Shown here in pieces: positions 59,777 to 64,000 of a stretch of 64,000 bases of DNA (its first letter is position 1; every line of letters begins with the position of its first letter). The translations under genes and the position numbers were made by a program. Below the pieces are notes generated by a model. It saw only the letters and a list, made by a program, of their open reading frames with translations, was not told where the DNA came from and ran no database searches. Source of the DNA: Candidatus Freyarchaeum deiterrae (lineage in GTDB: Archaea > Asgardarchaeota > Jordiarchaeia > Jordiarchaeales > Jordiarchaeaceae); NCBI GenBank assembly GCA_037305845.1, contig CP147778.1:2336001-2400000 (forward strand). Direction: 5' to 3'.

Positions 59777-59965
59777 TTGGCTAGTGAAGCACTTCTTGAT
59801 GAGGATGATATTCAATCGTTTTTGGAACAAGTTCAAGAAACTTACAGAACCTTATTAAAAACTAAAGAGCATAAAACAACGAATGATCTAATCCTACTAA
59901 ATAATCTCTGCAGCTCCATAATTCGACTAAAATTCATGCTAGAGCAAAAAAGGAATCATAGTTAA
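59777..59965 (+). CDS. Small helical-hairpin hypothetical protein (paralog B)
   Basis: GGTGA SD then TTG; similar to 59415..59642. Confidence 0.7.
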   Translation: MASEALLDEDDIQSFLEQVQETYRTLLKTKEHKTTNDLILLNNLCSSIIRLKFMLEQKRNHS

Positions 59966-60343
59966 ATTATTTACAAATCGGAAAAGGATACTCAAGCTAA
60001 GCAGGGCGCTTCAAATTATTAGCTATCAGCTGGTTCTCTAATCAAAATAATGCTTGTTATTACGTTTCCAAGCCTGTTCCTGAACTGCTTTTATTTAGTT
60101 CTGCTCGGCACCCCTAAATTAGATAACATTTTTTAGGAACCCCTCATTAAAATAAATTTAGAGGATGAGGGCTTAGAACATGTGGCTTCTGAGAAGCAAG
60201 TCCGGTTAATCTAATCGAACAATGAACTAATAAATAGAGAAGCATGTTTGAATCACCCTCCAAGTACTCATAGAGTTTGCTGTTTGGGAAATTTGAGAGA
60301 CCTTAAGCAGTCTCAAAATAGTTGATAGGAGAGGATTAATAAT

Positions 60344-61258
60344 ATGGCGGATAAGAGTGAGGTTTTTCTTATAAAAACATCGGACAGGAATCTTGGGATA
60401 AGGAGCTTGCTTGAACATTTCGACCTTAACAATTATAACAGAAAAAGGGTTGCTTTGAAGCCGAACTTTAACAGCGCCGACCCATTTCCCGCTTCAACTC
60501 ATATCGATACCCTTGAGACAATTGTAAGTGTGTTGAAGGAAGCAGGAGTAGAGCATCTGACAGTAGCTGAGCGGAGTGGAATGGGAATTACCAGAGAAGT
60601 TTTGAAGAAAATGGGAGTATTCAATCTATCCGACAAGCTGGGTTTTGATGTTGTGGTATTAGACGAGCAGGACATTGATGGATGGGTGAAGATAGCTCCT
60701 GATGGAAATCACTGGTCAAGAGGATTCTACATCGCGAAGCTCTTTCTTAGTGCTAGTGCAGACAAGGTCGTACAAACCAGTTGCCTCAAAACCCACAGAT
60801 TTGGAGGCCAATTCACTATGTCTCTAAAGAACTCCACAGGTTTGGTGGCAAGCCAAGTACCCGGGGATTCATACAACTATATGTCGGAACTTCATACTTC
60901 CCCCAATCAAAGGCTTATGATAGCTGAGATCAACGGTTCCTACAAGGTAGACCTAGTTGTGATGGACGGAATTAAAGCCTTCACCAGTGGAGGCCCAGAG
61001 AGTGGTAATATTGTTGAGCCGAACCTCCTGTTGGCAAGTAGAGATAGAATTGCTATAGATGCGGTTGGAATAGCTGTTCTCAGAAAGTATGGAACGACTA
61101 AGGATGTTACGAAGGGGTCTATCTTTAAACTTGAGCAGATTCGCAGGGCGGCTGAGCTTGGTGTGGGAGCCAAATCTGCGGATGACATAAAACTGGTTCC
61201 ACTAAATGATGATAGCTCCGAAGACGCGGATGACATAGAACGTATCCTCAAGAGTTAA
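60344..61258 (+). CDS. DUF362 family protein
   Basis: VALKPNFN, AERSG, CLKTHRFGG.FTMSLKN..G, VMDG, GGP, DRIAIDA. Confidence 0.88.
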   Translation: MADKSEVFLIKTSDRNLGIRSLLEHFDLNNYNRKRVALKPNFNSADPFPASTHIDTLETIVSVLKEAGVEHLTVAERSGMGITREVLKKMGVFNLSDKLGFDVVVLDEQDIDGWVKIAPDGNHWSRGFYIAKLFLSASADKVVQTSCLKTHRFGGQFTMSLKNSTGLVASQVPGDSYNYMSELHTSPNQRLMIAEINGSYKVDLVVMDGIKAFTSGGPESGNIVEPNLLLASRDRIAIDAVGIAVLRKYGTTKDVTKGSIFKLEQIRRAAELGVGAKSADDIKLVPLNDDSSEDADDIERILKS

Positions 61259-61721
61259 TGAAGTGAAGAAAGCCAATCTTTTTTTTGGGGATGTATACGT
61301 TACTCTCTTCCCTCACATTTTTTGTGGTCGTGAGGATTTAAATAATATAAATAATAAATAATTTGATTATGGTAGCTTCTTTTCTAAATTGTTTTTCACT
61401 TAAATTAACTACAAACTAAACAAAAAGATTTTATACTGAAAAAAAATTGTATGCACGGAAAAATAAAAATGAAAATGACGCGGGGTAATCTGAGAAACCT
61501 CCGCGAAAAACAATCTAGTGTCCTTGATAGGGTTACCGAAAAATAATAAAATTGGTTAAGAACGTTAATGGCTTTACCATCATATTTGGGCTTTTACCAA
61601 AAGGCTCAGAAAAACCATTAAAAACGTCTAACGAATCTTCAAAAATTAAAAATTGGTTTGGACCATGTCACCTGATGGTTAGAATAAAAATTTAGTTAAT
61701 TGAAAAATTGGAGGATTCAAA

Positions 61722-62294
61722 TTGGTTGAGGCATCGTCGAAAAAGGATAATAACCTTCGTGGTGAAATTACAGAAACTCATGAAGGGGAAACCCTGAACT
61801 TTTGTTACCAGTGTTCGACCTGTTCAGGATGTTGTCCGGTTTTCAGATATAATGCAAGATTTAACCCAAGGAAAATCGTTGAAAATACTCTGCTAGGAAG
61901 AAAAGATCGCACAGTTGATAGTCCTGACATTTGGTTCTGTACAGTGTGTCACAATTGTACAGAGAAGTGTCCTCAGGGAGTTAAGGTCTCGGAAATTATT
62001 ATTGAACTGAAAAACCTCTCGAGCAAAGAAGGTCTGTTTCCAGTACATCTGCAAGAAGAAGCCAAGGCATTATTGGAGTTCGGAATGGTCAGTCCTGCCA
62101 ATAAGGCCATTTTGTCTCGTAGAGAAAAACTAGGGCTGCCCGTGGTTGAAAACGCTCCTCCCGAAGAGATACGGACACTAACCAGCTTTACCGGGTTCGA
62201 TAAACTGGTAGCGAATAGAAAACCAATGGAGGGCGAAGCCCAAAAGAAGCCAGAGGGCGAAGCTCCAAAGAAAAAGGAGGCTGCACAAGAATGA
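61722..62294 (+). CDS. hdrC: Heterodisulfide reductase subunit C
   Basis: CYQCSTCSGCCP and IWFCTVCHNCTEKCPQGV. Confidence 0.92.
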   Translation: MVEASSKKDNNLRGEITETHEGETLNFCYQCSTCSGCCPVFRYNARFNPRKIVENTLLGRKDRTVDSPDIWFCTVCHNCTEKCPQGVKVSEIIIELKNLSSKEGLFPVHLQEEAKALLEFGMVSPANKAILSRREKLGLPVVENAPPEEIRTLTSFTGFDKLVANRKPMEGEAQKKPEGEAPKKKEAAQE

Positions 62295-63178
62295 GCAATG
62301 ATTACGCTCTATTTCTAGGTTGCACTATACCAAATCGTCTTCCACACCTCGAAGTATCCACTAGGATTATACTAAAAAGCTTGGATGTAAATGTGAAAGA
62401 TTTACCCGGATTTGCCTGCTGTCCCGATCCAGTTGGTTTCTCTGCATTGGACAGATATACCTGGCTTGTTCTAGCTTCCAGAAACCTAGCCGTAGCCGAA
62501 GAAAAGGGATTAGACGTTTTGACACTCTGCAGTGGCTGTTTCGAATCACTAAAGACGGCAAACTACTTAATCAAGAGTGGAAACGGATACAAAGAAAAGA
62601 TTAACGAAGCTCTATCCAAAGTTGGAAAACAATATAATGGTACTGTTGAGGTTAGACACCTACTTCAAGTGTTATATGAAGATGTGGGACCTAAAAAGAT
62701 TGAGTCCACCGTCAAAAAGCCACTCGAAGGAATAAAGGTTGCTATCCACTACGGTTGCCACGTTCTTAGACCAAGCGAGGTGGTTCAGGTAGATGATCCA
62801 TTTAATCCCACTAGCTTTGAGAGTATCGTCAAGGCTACTGGCGCAACACCTGTTGATTATGAGAAGAAGTCTCTCTGCTGCGGAGTAGGAGTACGCTCTG
62901 TGGACGAAAACACAACAAACAAAATGATAGAAGAGAAGCTCAGATACGTTAAGCTTGCGGGAGCTGATCTTCTCTGTGTAATCTGTCCGTTCTGCCTAAT
63001 TCAATACGATATCGGCCAATTCCAAATCAATAAGGTGTTTGGCACTGACTACAATATCCCTGTCTTCTATTATCCGCATCTACTAGCTCTAGCCCAAGGT
63101 ATTTCAGCTGAAGAACTGAATTTCAAGTTCCAGAGGATAAAACCGGATGCGGTTCTTGAAAAAATCGAAAAATTATAG
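62291..63178 (+). CDS. hdrB: Heterodisulfide reductase subunit B
   Basis: FLGC, CCP, CSGC, HYGCH, CCG, CPFC..QYD.GQ (two CCG domains). Confidence 0.94.
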   Translation: MSNDYALFLGCTIPNRLPHLEVSTRIILKSLDVNVKDLPGFACCPDPVGFSALDRYTWLVLASRNLAVAEEKGLDVLTLCSGCFESLKTANYLIKSGNGYKEKINEALSKVGKQYNGTVEVRHLLQVLYEDVGPKKIESTVKKPLEGIKVAIHYGCHVLRPSEVVQVDDPFNPTSFESIVKATGATPVDYEKKSLCCGVGVRSVDENTTNKMIEEKLRYVKLAGADLLCVICPFCLIQYDIGQFQINKVFGTDYNIPVFYYPHLLALAQGISAEELNFKFQRIKPDAVLEKIEKL

Positions 63179-63187
63179 GTGATTCTC

Positions 63188-64000
63188 ATGTCTAAGATTG
63201 GTTTGTTCATATGCGACTGTGGAAAAACCCTATCCAACGCTATTGATTACGATTCAATAGTTTCGGATTTGGAGAAAAGCGGGAAATTTGCATTCATAAT
63301 GAGGGATAGTGTCCTGTGCAAAACAGGTTTAGAAAAAATGCTAAAACAGCTCAAGAAAAGCAAGGTTGACAAGGTGGTGGTTGCCGCCTGCACCCCCAAA
63401 CTATACACGTCCACATGGGGGCATCTTCTCGAGCAAGCCGGAATGAGCTATTACGACCTTGTAATTTCAAACATCAGAGAACAGTGCGCATGGGTGCACA
63501 AGGACGAACCCCAAGAATTAGTGACAGAAAAAGCCAAAGCCTTAATTCTTTCAGCCGCCAACAGAGCAGAGGCTCTGGAAGAAATCCCTCTTGAGAAGAT
63601 ACCGATTACTCAGAAAGTTGTGGTAATCGGAGGCGGAATAGCCGGAATAACAGCGGCTCAGGAATTAGCAGAACTGGGAATCGATGTTGATGTAATAGAA
63701 AGAAAACCAACAGTGGGTGGACTAAGTCTAAAGCTAGGAACAGTGTTTCCCACACAGGACTGCTCTCTCTGTGTAAGAACAACAGGATGTCCCGGTCTGG
63801 GTGACGGTTCTCCACGTCGATGCATTTATCGAGCTAACCTCGAGTTTAATCCAAAAATAAAGTTCTACACCAATTCCGAAGTGGTTGATGTTCTGGGCGA
63901 TGTTGGCAACTTCAAGGTTGTAGTTAAAAAGAATCCAAGATATGTGAGCGAAGAAAAGTGCATAAGATGCAACGAGTGTGTTAAGGTCTGCCCAGTTGAT
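63188..64000 (+). CDS. hdrA: Heterodisulfide reductase subunit A, 3' truncated by window edge
   Basis: Translated by hand: MSKIGLFICDCG, VVVAACTPK, NIREQCAWVH, VIGGGIAG, FPTQDCSLC, NPRYV...CIRCNECVKVCPV. Confidence 0.93.
   Translation, partial: MSKIGLFICDCGKTLSNAIDYDSIVSDLEKSGKFAFIMRDSVLCKTGLEKMLKQLKKSKVDKVVVAACTPKLYTSTWGHLLEQAGMSYYDLVISNIREQCAWVHKDEPQELVTEKAKALILSAANRAEALEEIPLEKIPITQKVVVIGGGIAGITAAQELAELGIDVDVIERKPTVGGLSLKLGTVFPTQDCSLCVRTTGCPGLGDGSPRRCIYRANLEFNPKIKFYTNSEVVDVLGDVGNFKVVVKKNPRYVSEEKCIRCNECVKVCPVD

Noticed and set aside
61479-61505. SECIS element for hdr genes
   Set aside because: No in-frame TGA in the visible hdrC, hdrB or hdrA sequence, and no recognisable SECIS core
1-64000. 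Mobile elements or provirus at the tRNA
   Set aside because: No integrase, transposase or capsid gene and no duplicated tRNA 3' end noticed

Overview
AT-rich archaeal chromosomal segment with no rRNA, CRISPR array or recognisable transposase/integrase. Eukaryote-signature-like genes (ribophorin I-like, gelsolin-domain, three longin/uDENN-like, roadblock plus small GTPase) suggest an Asgard archaeon; this is inference, not a database result. The window holds about 55 genes: housekeeping genes (Trm112, NadM, RtcA, NOG1, Hsp20, proteasome beta, HdrCBA), metabolic enzymes and one tRNA-Gln. Strongest unusual signals: (1) a 2[4Fe-4S] ferredoxin gene missed by the ORF track, interrupted by a 28-nt insert that folds as a bulge-helix-bulge (BHB) intron and whose removal at canonical cut sites restores the frame. 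It lies about 300 nt from a tRNA-Gln with a non-canonical 53/54 BHB intron with a similar 3' end. (2) A gene cluster with a 1191-aa GCS2-family carboxylate-amine ligase fused to Ig-like domains, an amidohydrolase, a CDC48-N/vWA protein and coiled-coil proteins, plus a catalytically dead fusion paralog of the amidohydrolase and CDC48-N/vWA genes about 12 kb away. (3) A KaiB-KaiC-pseudoKaiC/small GTPase-roadblock operon. (4) A MoxR ATPase/vWA pair possibly joined by a +1 frameshift at UUU_UUU_CGC. All family calls are from motifs read by eye.
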